Assembly (NCBI GenBank): GCA_964463425.1
Contig: CAYXBV010000001.1
Location: 55,547 to 119,546, forward strand
Length of the DNA: 64,000 nt
Direction of reading: 5' to 3'
DNA from: an uncultured Gammaproteobacteria bacterium
GTDB taxonomy: Bacteria > Patescibacteriota > Microgenomatia > UBA8517
Of the stretch, positions 30,522 through 40,482 are shown one piece after another. The first letter of the stretch is position 1; the number at the start of each line of letters is the position of its first letter. Below the pieces are notes generated by a model. That model worked only from the letters and a program-made list of their open reading frames with translations, did no database searches and was not told the DNA's origin. The translations under genes and the position numbers were made by a program.

Positions 30522-31781
30522 ATGATAAATAACATGGGAAATACAAATAATTCAAAAATGCAGACTCTAAAAGGGTTTAGAGATTTTTTGCCTAAGAAAA
30601 TGGCTATCAGGCAAGAAGTTGCAAATCGTCTCAAAACCGTCTTTGAGAAATACGGGTTTGCAGAACTTCAAACACCTTCCTTGGAATATCAAGAGGTTCT
30701 TCGCGGCAAGTACGGGGAAGCAGCTGAGAAATTAATGTATCTATTTGAAGACCCAGGCGGAAGGGGTGTTGGGTTACGTTATGACTTAACCGTTCCCCTA
30801 GCACGCGTAATTGCGTCAAATCAAAACTTGCCTAAACCATTCAAAAGATACCAAATACAGCCAGCTTGGCGAGCAGAAAAACCACAAAAGGGACGATATC
30901 GAGAATTTACTCAGTGCGACATAGACATTGTAGGCTCGGATTCGCCCATGGCTGACGCAGAAATTCTAGCTATTACTTCCGATGTTTTAAAGGCGCTTGA
31001 ATTCTCATCCTTTAGAATTAAGGTTAATAGTCGACAAGTCCTTTTCTCTTCAATGAAAAAGGTCGGACTACCAGAAGAAAAATGGGCCACCGTTATTCAA
31101 TCAATCGATAAGTTGGATAAAAAGGGGCAAGAGGGTGTTGAAAAAGAACTCTCTGAAAAGGGACTGACAGAAAAAGAAGTAACTGCTGTACTAACTGAAA
31201 TCCAGGGAGCAAAACCCAACGATTTTCTGAAAGAGGTAATTAAAAACGCAGAGAAAATGGGAGCTAAAAATATTGAATTTTCGCCGACGCTTTCCAGAGG
31301 TTTAGATTATTACACTGGTCCTATTTTTGAAACAGTCGTCGACAAACCTAAAATCGGATCAATTACTGGTGGAGGTAGATATGATGAATTACTAAGCACT
31401 CTGGGCGGACCAGACTTGCCAGCCACCGGCACATCGTTTGGACTCGACAGACTGGCCGATGTTATTGAAGAACTAGATTTATGGCCAAACATTGCGGAAA
31501 CTCCCACGGCTGTTTTGGTAACCATTTTTGCACCCGAATTATTAGACGAGTCACTTAAGATTGCAAACATGCTTCGAGAGGAAGACATTAACACCGAAGT
31601 CTATCTCAATAGTAGTGCCAAGCTCGACAAGCAACTGAAATATGCCGATCGAAAAAATATTCCCTGGGTAATTATTATTGGTCCCGAGGAAATTAAGACT
31701 GACAAAGCAGTTCTTAAAAACCTAGCCAACAGGGAACAAAAAACTATTTCTATTAATAATCTTACCAACGAACTACGATGA
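30522..31781 (+). CDS. hisS: Histidine--tRNA ligase (alternative start at 30559, MQTLKGFRD)
   Basis: Class II aaRS motifs; N-terminal HisRS signature KGFRDFLP; stop TGA overlaps the next ATG (ATGA). Confidence 0.9.
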   Translation: MINNMGNTNNSKMQTLKGFRDFLPKKMAIRQEVANRLKTVFEKYGFAELQTPSLEYQEVLRGKYGEAAEKLMYLFEDPGGRGVGLRYDLTVPLARVIASNQNLPKPFKRYQIQPAWRAEKPQKGRYREFTQCDIDIVGSDSPMADAEILAITSDVLKALEFSSFRIKVNSRQVLFSSMKKVGLPEEKWATVIQSIDKLDKKGQEGVEKELSEKGLTEKEVTAVLTEIQGAKPNDFLKEVIKNAEKMGAKNIEFSPTLSRGLDYYTGPIFETVVDKPKIGSITGGGRYDELLSTLGGPDLPATGTSFGLDRLADVIEELDLWPNIAETPTAVLVTIFAPELLDESLKIANMLREEDINTEVYLNSSAKLDKQLKYADRKNIPWVIIIGPEEIKTDKAVLKNLANREQKTISINNLTNELR

Positions 31782-32692
31782 ATCCTCATCGGCTACGAGC
31801 CTATATCTATTTAATAGTTGTTGCCGCGATATGGGGTATCGCTGGCCCAATTATTAAATTCACCCTACCTAGTCTTCCCCCTCTCATATTTCTTACTTAT
31901 CGGTTTCTACTTTCAACAGTTACTTTCTTGCCTATTGCTTTATTAAAAAAAGCCAAAAGACCAGCCAAAGCTAAAGACTTTATTACCTTAACCATAATCG
32001 CCCTGCTAGGTTCTAGCATCAATCTTAGTTTTATTTTCTACGGATATAGTTTCACCACTGCTCTTGATGCCTCACTGCTTTCAGCCACGGGTCCTATATT
32101 TGTCGTAACCGCCAGCGCATTATTTTTAAAAGAAAGAGTTACCAAAAAAGAAAAGATTGGCATCCTTATCGCTTTTCTTGGCACATTAGCAATTGTATTT
32201 CAACCCATTGCTGGAAACAAAGCCCTTGTCTATGAAAACATTTTTGGCAATTTTCTAATTATCGCCTCAAAACTAACCTGGGTTTTATATATTCTTCTTA
32301 CCAAATCTGCTCTAAAAAGAAAATTTGATCCTCTTTATATGACGATGTACACGTTCTTTGTGGGTTTTGTAACTCTACTTCCCTTAGCCATTATTCAGGC
32401 AGGATCGTTTTTTAAATTGGCCACATTAATTATCAAAACCCCTATACAAGCACACCTGGGCGTCGTCTATATGGCCTTATTGTCAGGCTCACTGGCCTAC
32501 TTTCTTTACCAAAAGGCTCAAAAAACTATTGAGGCCTCAGAGGCAACTCTCTTTATGTATCTTAGTCCCCTTTTCGCCGTCCCCTTAGCCGTGTTCTGGC
32601 TTGGTGAAGAAATTACCTCTTTTTATCTTATCGGAGCAGCTATAGTAACTACAGGTGTAATAATTGCCGGACACAAAAGAAGAACAAAATAG
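31778..32692 (+). CDS. EamA/DMT superfamily transporter
   Basis: 10 TM helices; two EamA repeats. Confidence 0.8.
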   Translation: MNPHRLRAYIYLIVVAAIWGIAGPIIKFTLPSLPPLIFLTYRFLLSTVTFLPIALLKKAKRPAKAKDFITLTIIALLGSSINLSFIFYGYSFTTALDASLLSATGPIFVVTASALFLKERVTKKEKIGILIAFLGTLAIVFQPIAGNKALVYENIFGNFLIIASKLTWVLYILLTKSALKRKFDPLYMTMYTFFVGFVTLLPLAIIQAGSFFKLATLIIKTPIQAHLGVVYMALLSGSLAYFLYQKAQKTIEASEATLFMYLSPLFAVPLAVFWLGEEITSFYLIGAAIVTTGVIIAGHKRRTK

Positions 32693-32693
32693 A

Positions 32694-32722
32694 TTGATTA
32701 TCTCAGCCTCACTTGCTATAAT
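32694..32722 (+). promoter_or_regulatory. Promoter for rpmE-prfA (-35 TTGATT 32694-32699, 17-nt spacer, extended -10 TGcTATAAT 32714-32722)
   Basis: Seen in sequence. Confidence 0.4.
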
Positions 32723-32747
32723 TTACACCTAAGAAATAGAAAATCAT

Positions 32748-33062
32748 ATGAAAGCTAAAATACATCCCAAATGGTATAAGGACGCAAAAGTAACTTGCGC
32801 ATGCGGTAATACCTTTACTGTGGGTGCCACTGTGCCAGAAATTAAGGTCGAGGTTTGCTCAGAGTGTCATCCTTTTTATACTGGCCAAATGAAGTTTGTC
32901 GACACAGCTGGACGTGTAGATGCCTTTAGATCTAAGCAAGCAAAAGCAAAAAAGAAAGTATATTCTAAAACTGAGAAGAGACGACTTAAAAAACTAAAGA
33001 GAATTAAAGAAGAAGAAAATAAGCCAAAATCTTTGGCAGAACTTCGTAAGAAAAAAAAATAA
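32748..33062 (+). CDS. rpmE: 50S ribosomal protein L31, zinc-ribbon type, with a Lys-rich C-terminal extension
   Basis: CxCG...[10 protein letters not shown] motif. Confidence 0.9.
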   Translation: MKAKIHPKWYKDAKVTCACGNTFTVGATVPEIKVEVCSECHPFYTGQMKFVDTAGRVDAFRSKQAKAKKKVYSKTEKRRLKKLKRIKEEENKPKSLAELRKKKK

Positions 33063-33080
33063 AGAAACCTCATTCATAAC

Positions 33081-33776
33081 ATGAATAGTCAAAACGAAAA
33101 AGCATATATCGAAATCAGGTCTGCTGCTGGCGGAGATGAGGCAAAAATTTGGGCAAGTGACCTAATCAGAATGTATACCCGTTTTGCTACTAAAAACAAT
33201 TGGAAGATAAGCAATATTGCTGAGAATACTATACAAATCACTGGACCAAATGTTTTTAAGCTACTAGAAAATGAGTCTGGTGTACACAGGGTTCAGCGGG
33301 TACCAACAACCGAAAGGCGAGGAAGAATTCATACATCAACGGCAACTGTGGCTGTTCTACCTGAAATTAAAAAGGGTGAAATTGAAGTTGATCCACGAGA
33401 TCTCGAAGTTCAATTCTATCGTTCTGGTGGTCATGGAGGCCAAAATGTTAACAAGGTGTCAACAGCCGTTCGATTAACCCACAAGCCAACTGGAATTGTT
33501 ATTTCTTGTCAACAAGAAAGAACACAACTCCAAAATCGTGAAATTGCAACCGATCTTTTGAAAGCCAAACTTTGGGAAAAATTAGAAGCCGAAAAAGAAA
33601 AAACCGTTGCTGGATATAGAAGCGCTATTGGCCGCGGAATGAGATCTGAAAAAATTAGAACATACAACTACCCCCAAAACAGGGTTACGGATCATCGAAT
33701 TAAAAAATCTTGGGGCAATTTAGATGCAGTTGTTAATGGTGATCTTAAAAAGATAGTTAATTTCGTAAAAAAATAA
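33081..33776 (+). CDS. prfA: Peptide chain release factor 1-like, N-terminally truncated (domain 1 absent)
   Basis: PTT (PxT) codon-recognition tripeptide in [17 protein letters not shown]; GGQ motif ([11 protein letters not shown]); begins at the equivalent of about residue 110 of E. coli RF1. Confidence 0.8.
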   Translation: MNSQNEKAYIEIRSAAGGDEAKIWASDLIRMYTRFATKNNWKISNIAENTIQITGPNVFKLLENESGVHRVQRVPTTERRGRIHTSTATVAVLPEIKKGEIEVDPRDLEVQFYRSGGHGGQNVNKVSTAVRLTHKPTGIVISCQQERTQLQNREIATDLLKAKLWEKLEAEKEKTVAGYRSAIGRGMRSEKIRTYNYPQNRVTDHRIKKSWGNLDAVVNGDLKKIVNFVKK

Positions 33777-33780
33777 TCCC

Positions 33781-35064
33781 CTATTCTGACAATAATTTTA
33801 TTGCCTCTTGAAGCTGTTCGTCTTCGGCTGTCTCTAAATCGTCTACTATTTCAACATCAGGTACTAATCCTCCATCATTTACCCAAAACCCGCTCGGTGT
33901 TAGCCATTTCGATATCGTAATGTGTAATCCAGACCCATTACTTAACTGTTGAGGCTCTTGAATGGTTCCTTTTCCAAAAGAGGTTTCACCAACAAGTTGC
34001 ATATTCCTACCATCCCTTAAAGCACCTGCCAAAATTTCGGATGCCGAGGCCGATCCTCCATTAATAAGAACAACAGTAGGCTTTTCCAGTAATTTACCTA
34101 TGCGCTCAACCAAGAAATCATAGTTTTCCCCATCAGCCATGGCTTCAGTAACAACCACACTTCCGTTACTCATAAACTCTGAGGCAATATCAACCGAAGA
34201 TTGAAGATATCCTCCTGGATTATTTCTTAAATCCAAAACGATTCCTTCTATCCCAGGTCTTTTGAGCACTTCGACAACTGCTTCGTTCCATTCACTTTCA
34301 GTCTCCGCTACAAATTTTAAAATCTTAATATGAGCAATACTCTCATTTTCCCCTTCGTAAGCCAGAGAAACACTGGGGATATCGATATTTCTTCTCACGA
34401 TGTCTGCTTCAACAGGGTCTTCACTACCGATTCTAATTAAGGAAAGAGTAACTGTAGTTCCAGCCGGCCCCCTGATTATCCTCACTGCCTCTGGAAGAGT
34501 CATCTCCTGTGTGTCCTTGTCAATCTCTTTAATTTCGTCTTTTATATTTACAATGTAATCCCCTGCCAATACGCCCGCCTTTTCTGCGGGTGAACCAGCG
34601 AGCGGAGCAACAACCGCCAACTGCCCATCTTTAAAACCAATCTGAATACCAACACCTTCAAAACTTCCAGAAAGATCCTCTTGGACAACTTTGTTTTCAC
34701 TTGGAGGCAAGAATATTGTATACGGGTCTCCCAAAGATGAGACCATTCCCTTTATCGCTCCATAGACCATTTCGCTGTCAACCAGTTTATTATCGTCATA
34801 GTAGCTTTCGTCTAATGAATCCCACACTCTCCAGAATAAGGAGAAATCAACACTTTTTTCGGGAGGGGTCTGTCGCGATATGGTTACAATCGGAAAATGC
34901 GAAAAAGAAGCCAAAAATCCCTTTCTGCCAAAATAAAATCCTACTGATACACTTGCACCAATAACAACAACGGTTAAAATTACTTTTCTTAATTTACCTA
35001 GACTAATTCTGGGAATCGGCAGAAATTTCATACAAAAACTAATTGTTTTATACTCTTGAAACAA
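33781..35064 (-). CDS. S41 family C-terminal processing peptidase (Ctp) with a PDZ domain
   Basis: PDZ (GSPAEKAGVLAGDYIV); S41 catalytic region (LINGGSASASEILAGAL); N-terminal TM. Confidence 0.85.
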   Translation of the reverse strand: MFQEYKTISFCMKFLPIPRISLGKLRKVILTVVVIGASVSVGFYFGRKGFLASFSHFPIVTISRQTPPEKSVDFSLFWRVWDSLDESYYDDNKLVDSEMVYGAIKGMVSSLGDPYTIFLPPSENKVVQEDLSGSFEGVGIQIGFKDGQLAVVAPLAGSPAEKAGVLAGDYIVNIKDEIKEIDKDTQEMTLPEAVRIIRGPAGTTVTLSLIRIGSEDPVEADIVRRNIDIPSVSLAYEGENESIAHIKILKFVAETESEWNEAVVEVLKRPGIEGIVLDLRNNPGGYLQSSVDIASEFMSNGSVVVTEAMADGENYDFLVERIGKLLEKPTVVLINGGSASASEILAGALRDGRNMQLVGETSFGKGTIQEPQQLSNGSGLHITISKWLTPSGFWVNDGGLVPDVEIVDDLETAEDEQLQEAIKLLSE

Positions 35065-35281
35065 ACGGAAGAAGCCCGAGGTGTCGTGCTCTTTTTATAG
35101 CAATCGACAAACGCCTTTGGTGTTTTGCACAAAGCCCCGTTCGACTTTCTCCTATAATTTTCGACCTGTCTGTCACAAACTTCGAAAGAGTCTTGTACTC
35201 TTTATAATCAGGATTTCTTTCTGCCTTACAAAAAGGGCAATGCAAAGCCTTTTTCTTTCTTCGTATAATTTTCTTTTTCAT
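35048..35281 (-). CDS. rpsR: 30S ribosomal protein S18
   Basis: CPFC ... TGLCAKHQRRLSIAIKRARHLGLLPF. Confidence 0.9.
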   Translation of the reverse strand: MKKKIIRRKKKALHCPFCKAERNPDYKEYKTLSKFVTDRSKIIGESRTGLCAKHQRRLSIAIKRARHLGLLPFVSRV

Positions 35282-35289
35282 AATGAGTT

Positions 35290-35796
35290 TTAAAAAGGAA
35301 TCTCGTCCTCGTTCTCCGTTTCTTTTGTTGCTGTGGAGCCTTTATCTTTCTTGGTTGTTTTCTTTGCCTTAGCTCCTTGTTCCCCACCTTGGTCAACAGG
35401 TGCTTCTTTGTTTTCCGGCACTCCCTTATCTGGATAGTCAAATCCATCTTCAGATGCGCCTCTTTTTGAATCCAAAATAATCATGCTAAAAATTACAATT
35501 TCTGTCGTAGTTCTCTTAACTCCATCTTTACCTTCCCAACTTCTTGTTTGCAATCTTCCTTCAACATATACTTTTCTTCCTTTTGCCAAAAGCTGTGCAC
35601 ATAATTCAGCTAACTTATTCCAAGCAACAATACGGTGGAACTCAACATCTTCTTTTTTCTCGCCAGACTCTGTATTCCATTGTCTGTTTGTGGCTATACT
35701 AAAAGTACATACAGCTGCACCTTGTGGTGTAAAACGCATTTCGGGATCTCTTGTTAAATTTCCTATTAGTGTTGCTTTGTTTAAACTTCTAGACAT
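35290..35796 (-). CDS. ssb: Single-stranded DNA-binding protein
   Basis: OB fold (NKATLIGNLTRDPEMRFTPQGAAVCTFSIA); acidic C-terminal tail ending DEIPF. Confidence 0.9.
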   Translation of the reverse strand: MSRSLNKATLIGNLTRDPEMRFTPQGAAVCTFSIATNRQWNTESGEKKEDVEFHRIVAWNKLAELCAQLLAKGRKVYVEGRLQTRSWEGKDGVKRTTTEIVIFSMIILDSKRGASEDGFDYPDKGVPENKEAPVDQGGEQGAKAKKTTKKDKGSTATKETENEDEIPF

Positions 35797-35799
35797 TGT

Positions 35800-36111
35800 T
35801 TATTTCTCTTCTTCTTTCTTGACCAATAAATATCTAATAATGCTTTCTTCTAGGTTCAGTTTTTGAGGAAGCATTTTGACAGCTGCTGCATCCAATTTTA
35901 AATTATAATACAGAAATATACCAGTGTCGTTTTTGTCAATGTCGTAGGCTAGTTCTTTCTTTCCCCAGTCTTCGACCTTGCCCAGTTTTCCACCAGCAAT
36001 TTTCACTATTTTCTCAATAGCTTCTTGTGCGCTCTTGGTCTTTGCAGCCGTTGCGCTTCCTGGCAATACTAGTGTTAGTTCGTAATCTATCATATTAATA
36101 TAAGTTAGCAC
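35800..36111 (-). CDS. rpsF: 30S ribosomal protein S6
   Basis: YELTLVLPG...VEDWGKKELAY; rpsF-ssb-rpsR synteny. Confidence 0.85.
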   Translation of the reverse strand: MLTYINMIDYELTLVLPGSATAAKTKSAQEAIEKIVKIAGGKLGKVEDWGKKELAYDIDKNDTGIFLYYNLKLDAAAVKMLPQKLNLEESIIRYLLVKKEEEK

Positions 36112-36135
36112 GTTGAACGTGCGAGGGAAAGTATA

Positions 36136-37071
36136 TCAACTCCCCACTTTAAACTCAATCACATCCCTATCTTTTACTAAATAATCTCTTCCTTCTAGTT
36201 GTATTTTCCCTTTTTCTTTAGCCTGTTTCCATCCGCCTGATGCTAATAAATCACTTATATCAATCGCTTCTGCTTTAATAAATTTCTGAGCAAAGTCTGT
36301 GTGAACTTTTTCGGCAGCCTCAAATGCGGTTGATCCGCGAACTATACTCCAAGCATGAACTTCTTTTCCTCCCTTAATTGTGTAAAAGGTTATGAGATTT
36401 AGTAGTTTATAGGCAACACCTATTAATTGACTCAAACTGTCTTCTTGAACCTTAAGAGAATTAAGATACTCCCTCTTTTCTTGTGTTTCCAAATCTATAA
36501 ATTCTTCTTCTAGTTTAGCTGACAATATAACAACTTCGCTTTTGTATTTTTTCTCAACTTCTGTTTTTGCCTTTAGTATTTCCTTATTACCCATCTTTTC
36601 TTCGTCTGCGTTAATAACATAAATAGTTGGTTTCTTGTCTATCTCTCCTAACTCTAGTTCTATATTAACTGTTTCTATGTCTTCACTCATTTGCTCCAAC
36701 GAGCCAGACTCATGAATGGGGTGCTGGTGAGCAACATTGGGGTCTTCAAACGCACGTACAACATGAACAACAACATCAACCTCTCTAATTTTAGCTAGAA
36801 ACTGATTCCCTAATCCTTCACCCTTATGCGCATCTTTAACCAGACCAGCAATATCAATAAAAGTCACTGCGGCTGGTACTGTCTTGTCTGGATTGATTAA
36901 CTTCGAAAGCTTTTCTAAATTTTCGTCAGCAACAATTGCCACGGCTTCATGTGGATCTATGGTTGTAAAAGGCCTAGATGCAGTTTCCGCCAAACGCCTA
37001 CTAATCAGCGCATTAAACAGCGTTGACTTGCCTGCATTGGGTAATCCCACAATTCCGACTTGTAAGCTCAT
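36136..37071 (-). CDS. ychF: Ribosome-binding ATPase YchF (Obg-like ATPase), short form
   Basis: GIVGLPNAGKSTLFNAL ... RPFTTIDP G1/G2 motifs. Confidence 0.85.
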   Translation of the reverse strand: MSLQVGIVGLPNAGKSTLFNALISRRLAETASRPFTTIDPHEAVAIVADENLEKLSKLINPDKTVPAAVTFIDIAGLVKDAHKGEGLGNQFLAKIREVDVVVHVVRAFEDPNVAHQHPIHESGSLEQMSEDIETVNIELELGEIDKKPTIYVINADEEKMGNKEILKAKTEVEKKYKSEVVILSAKLEEEFIDLETQEKREYLNSLKVQEDSLSQLIGVAYKLLNLITFYTIKGGKEVHAWSIVRGSTAFEAAEKVHTDFAQKFIKAEAIDISDLLASGGWKQAKEKGKIQLEGRDYLVKDRDVIEFKVGS

Positions 37072-37093
37072 GTCTGGATTATATAATTTAGAA

Positions 37094-37417
37094 ATGACTA
37101 AATACAGAGAATACTACGAAAAAATGATTAACAACAACAAAGAGTTGTTTGATAAATTTCAAATGGTTCATGATCGGTATGCTCTCGATGAAGAAAAATG
37201 GCAGGAGGAATATAACAAAGAGGGAGGAAAAATCCTTGATGTCATAAGAGAGTATGAAAACAAACTGTGTTCTCAATCTGAAAAAGGAGGTTATTCGCAC
37301 TTCACCCCAAAGTTATCTGAGAAATTTCGAGCAGAGATAAAAAAACATTTTTTAATGATCGAACACATTGGTATTAAAGTTGAGGTTTTTGAAGTAAAGA
37401 AAATTAAACTCACTTAG
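37094..37417 (+). CDS. Hypothetical small protein (intergenic ORF; its upstream extension is antisense to ychF)
   Basis: ORF only; start taken as the first ATG after the ychF start. Confidence 0.3.
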   Translation: MTKYREYYEKMINNNKELFDKFQMVHDRYALDEEKWQEEYNKEGGKILDVIREYENKLCSQSEKGGYSHFTPKLSEKFRAEIKKHFLMIEHIGIKVEVFEVKKIKLT

Positions 37418-37910
37418 TCGATCGCGCCAAAACTTCATCAAAAGCAATAAACTTCTCATGAGCTTCTTTCATCTTAGGATTGGTCTCACGAAAATCTCGA
37501 ACCCAATTTTTGGCAAATTCTTTCCATATTTCGTGGGCACCCTCAAATCCCTTTTTTCCACTCCAGTCATGTTTCTGAAGAACATCTCGAGCTATTACAA
37601 GCTGCTTTCTAATCTCTTCTGGGGTTTCCTTAAAATCTATTTCCAAAGACAATCGACCTAATATGCCGTTTCGTGAATATTCTATTTCCTTAGGCAAATA
37701 TTTGTCTGAAAACATTGTCGTATAAAGAGCATTCCCATCATCATTTAAGATAAGTGACATTACATCACCCGCAATAATGGTATCTGGATTCTCGCCAGCT
37801 TTTTGCGCTTCATCACGCAATATTTTTGCTTTTACAGTTGGGTATTTTATCCAATCTTGATGTTGTTTTAATAGTGTCTCACTTATCCCGTTGTCAACTA
37901 ATTCTGACAT
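37410..37910 (-). CDS. Hypothetical protein
   Basis: ORF only, 166 aa. Confidence 0.45.
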   Translation of the reverse strand: MSELVDNGISETLLKQHQDWIKYPTVKAKILRDEAQKAGENPDTIIAGDVMSLILNDDGNALYTTMFSDKYLPKEIEYSRNGILGRLSLEIDFKETPEEIRKQLVIARDVLQKHDWSGKKGFEGAHEIWKEFAKNWVRDFRETNPKMKEAHEKFIAFDEVLARSTK

Positions 37911-37911
37911 G

Positions 37912-38565
37912 TCATTTTATACTTTCTAGTGCCTTGGACGTTATTTCGTTATAGCTATAAATAGTTTTATTAGCCTTGCCCAATAATTTAGCATGATCAT
38001 CACCTCTTGCTATGGCAATTACTTTCATACCGGCGTCTCTTGCCGCAACTATACCCGCCTCCGTATCCTCCATAACCAAACAATTTCCAGGGTCTATCCC
38101 TAATTTGTGTGTCGTTAAAACGAATATTTCAGGATCTGGTTTTTTACAATTTACCTCTTCAGCTGTAGTTATTGTTTCAAACACTCCTTCTAAGTCTAGT
38201 GTGTCAAAAACTTTCTCAACAATAGGCCAATTATTAGACGTTGCTAAAGCAACAAGAATCCCAGAATCTTTTAGGTCTTTAATAAAATCAATTACCCCCT
38301 CTTTAAGAGTTACTCTTGATAAAAGCCTAAGATACGCTTCCTGAGTTTCACTCGAAAGTTTTTTTATACTCTTTTTTGTTTTTATTTTGTGTTGTGGAAT
38401 TAATTTTCGCCAATTTTCATCCATGCCAATACCCTGTATGTGAGGAAAATCTGAGTTAGTTTCTATCCCAAGATTTGATAATACTTCCTTGAAGGCAATC
38501 CCATACTCATCTTCGTTATCCAATACCGTCCCATCTAAATCAAATATTACTGCTAGTAGTTTCAT
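37912..38565 (-). CDS. HAD-IA family hydrolase (beta-phosphoglucomutase/phosphatase-like)
   Basis: Motif I IFDLDGTVLDNE; motif IV region (AIARGDD). Confidence 0.8.
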   Translation of the reverse strand: MKLLAVIFDLDGTVLDNEDEYGIAFKEVLSNLGIETNSDFPHIQGIGMDENWRKLIPQHKIKTKKSIKKLSSETQEAYLRLLSRVTLKEGVIDFIKDLKDSGILVALATSNNWPIVEKVFDTLDLEGVFETITTAEEVNCKKPDPEIFVLTTHKLGIDPGNCLVMEDTEAGIVAARDAGMKVIAIARGDDHAKLLGKANKTIYSYNEITSKALESIK

Positions 38566-39986
38566 TTTTTTATTATTGTAACTTTGGGGCCAGTGGAGGT
38601 ATCTTCAACTAAATACCCTTTCTCGAGTAATGCTTTTCTTTTTACGTCTGCCTCTTCATATTTGCCTTCTTTTCTCAATACTTCTCTTTCTTCTGCCAGC
38701 TTTAAAACATCAGCTGGTATTTTAACTTTTTTAATCTCATATTCTCTTAGCCCCAGTCCCAAAACCTCATCAAAAGACAATGCTAAATCGTATTTATCTC
38801 CGGACGGAATATTGCTTTTCAACATTTCCCACAATACTGCAAGCGCCCTGGGCGTATTTAGGTCGTCATTGATAGCCGTCGTAAATCTAATCCTGTAATC
38901 GTCAACTTTCTTTTGTTTCTCTGGCGATAAAGTTGTTCTAATAGATTTCCCCCTATACCCCGCCACTTGTTCTCTAAGCTTCTTAAGAGCTGTTTGAGCA
39001 GCCCCTAAACTATCCCATGTAAAGTTAAGTGAATCCCTGTAGTGAGCGGTTAAATAGAGGTAACGAAGAGCTATTGGATCAAAACCTTTTTTCTTCAAAT
39101 CCGAAACAGTATAAAAATTGTTTAAGCTCTTACTCATTCTTTTGCCATCAACCTTAAGAAAAGTTACATGGATCCAATAGCGAACAAAGGGTTTACCTGT
39201 TGCCGCCTCTGATTGGGCAATTTCATTTGGGTGATGAGTAGACCTAAGGTCTTCGCCTCCTAAATGAATGTCAAAACTCTCTCCCAGATATTTCATGCTC
39301 ATGGCAGAACATTCTATGTGCCATCCGGGAAAACCTATTCCCCAAGGGCTCTCCCACTCCATCTGTCTTTCGCCTGGGTTTTTAGAAAATTTCCACAAAG
39401 CAAAATCTCTTGCATTTTTCTTTTCTGGATTCTCTCTCACTCTTGCCCCTTCTAATACCTGATCAAGTGTTGATAATTCTCCATATTTTTTGCCAGTCTT
39501 CTCTTCGAAGCCCTTTGTGTCAAAATATATTCCATCCGACGTTTTATACGTAACTCTTTTTTTCTCAAGAGTTTCAATTAACGCAATTTGTTCCTTAATA
39601 TGATCTGTGGCCTTCGTAAATTGAGATAATTCTTGCAAATGCAAAGCCTTAAAGTCAGCTAAAAATGTGTTCGTGTAGTGTTTAGTAATATCTGTAGCTG
39701 TTTTTCCTTTTTCTTTTGCTGATTTTTCAACTTTGTCTTCACCAACGTCCGAATCGCCCACAAGGTGACCTACGTCTGTTAAATTCATGATGTACTTTAC
39801 CTTGTACCCATTGAACTGGAGTGTTCTATAAAGAATGTCAGCAACTGCATATGTGCGAAAATTTCCGATAGTTGCATATGAGTATACTGTTGGACCACAA
39901 GCATACATACCAACCTCTTCTGAGTTAATGGGTTCGAATTTTTCTTTTTTCCCAGTAAGACTATTTGTTAAATATAAATCAGCCAT
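38562..39986 (-). CDS. cysS: Cysteine--tRNA ligase
   Basis: CGPTVYSYATIGNFRTY (HIGH region variant); KMSKS; 474 aa. Confidence 0.9.
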   Translation of the reverse strand: MADLYLTNSLTGKKEKFEPINSEEVGMYACGPTVYSYATIGNFRTYAVADILYRTLQFNGYKVKYIMNLTDVGHLVGDSDVGEDKVEKSAKEKGKTATDITKHYTNTFLADFKALHLQELSQFTKATDHIKEQIALIETLEKKRVTYKTSDGIYFDTKGFEEKTGKKYGELSTLDQVLEGARVRENPEKKNARDFALWKFSKNPGERQMEWESPWGIGFPGWHIECSAMSMKYLGESFDIHLGGEDLRSTHHPNEIAQSEAATGKPFVRYWIHVTFLKVDGKRMSKSLNNFYTVSDLKKKGFDPIALRYLYLTAHYRDSLNFTWDSLGAAQTALKKLREQVAGYRGKSIRTTLSPEKQKKVDDYRIRFTTAINDDLNTPRALAVLWEMLKSNIPSGDKYDLALSFDEVLGLGLREYEIKKVKIPADVLKLAEEREVLRKEGKYEEADVKRKALLEKGYLVEDTSTGPKVTIIKK

Positions 39987-40011
39987 AAGAATATTTTACC
40001 CTAAATTGTTC

Positions 40012-40476
40012 TCAGCCAGAAGGGGGCATGCGTATTTCCGCTTTTGTTTTCAGTTTCTTTAATTTACCCTTCATTCCTCGTGCCGCCCCTCTTGAAGGTT
40101 TACCTGAAATTACTGATGTCTGTCTTTGCCCTCTTTCTTCCTCCTCTTTTTGCTCTTCCATTTCCTCTTCTCGTAACTTGATTGCTTCTTTGTGCTTATT
40201 TTGTTTTCGTATATCTTCCATTTCTACCTCCAAAGCGTTTAATATACTTTTGCTTTTTGCTTTTATTTCCTCTTCTTTTATTACCGGTTCTCCTGTTTGG
40301 GGCTTAACATTCTCTTGAGGAGTATTGCCTGCAGGTCTAGTTTCTGTCTCTGCTCCAGACACCTGTTTCCCCGCCGTTTTTAATATTTCAAATGGTTCTC
40401 CAACTACTTGCTTCGCGGCTTGTTTAGCAATTTTTTTCGCTGAACTAGACACACCTGATTTAATTCCTTTTTTCAT
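40012..40476 (-). CDS. Hypothetical K/E-rich low-complexity protein
   Basis: ORF only; charged repeats. Confidence 0.4.
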   Translation of the reverse strand: MKKGIKSGVSSSAKKIAKQAAKQVVGEPFEILKTAGKQVSGAETETRPAGNTPQENVKPQTGEPVIKEEEIKAKSKSILNALEVEMEDIRKQNKHKEAIKLREEEMEEQKEEEERGQRQTSVISGKPSRGAARGMKGKLKKLKTKAEIRMPPSG

Positions 40477-40482
40477 AGTTGT

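Noticed and set aside
31779-31781. Possible UGA recoding (as in some CPR lineages), given that only an RF1-type factor is visible
   Set aside because: hisS ends at TGA exactly at the ATGA overlap with the next gene. Several other well-conserved proteins (e.g. 8851..9426, 25806..26306) also stop at TGA with normal lengths. Standard code 11 fits.
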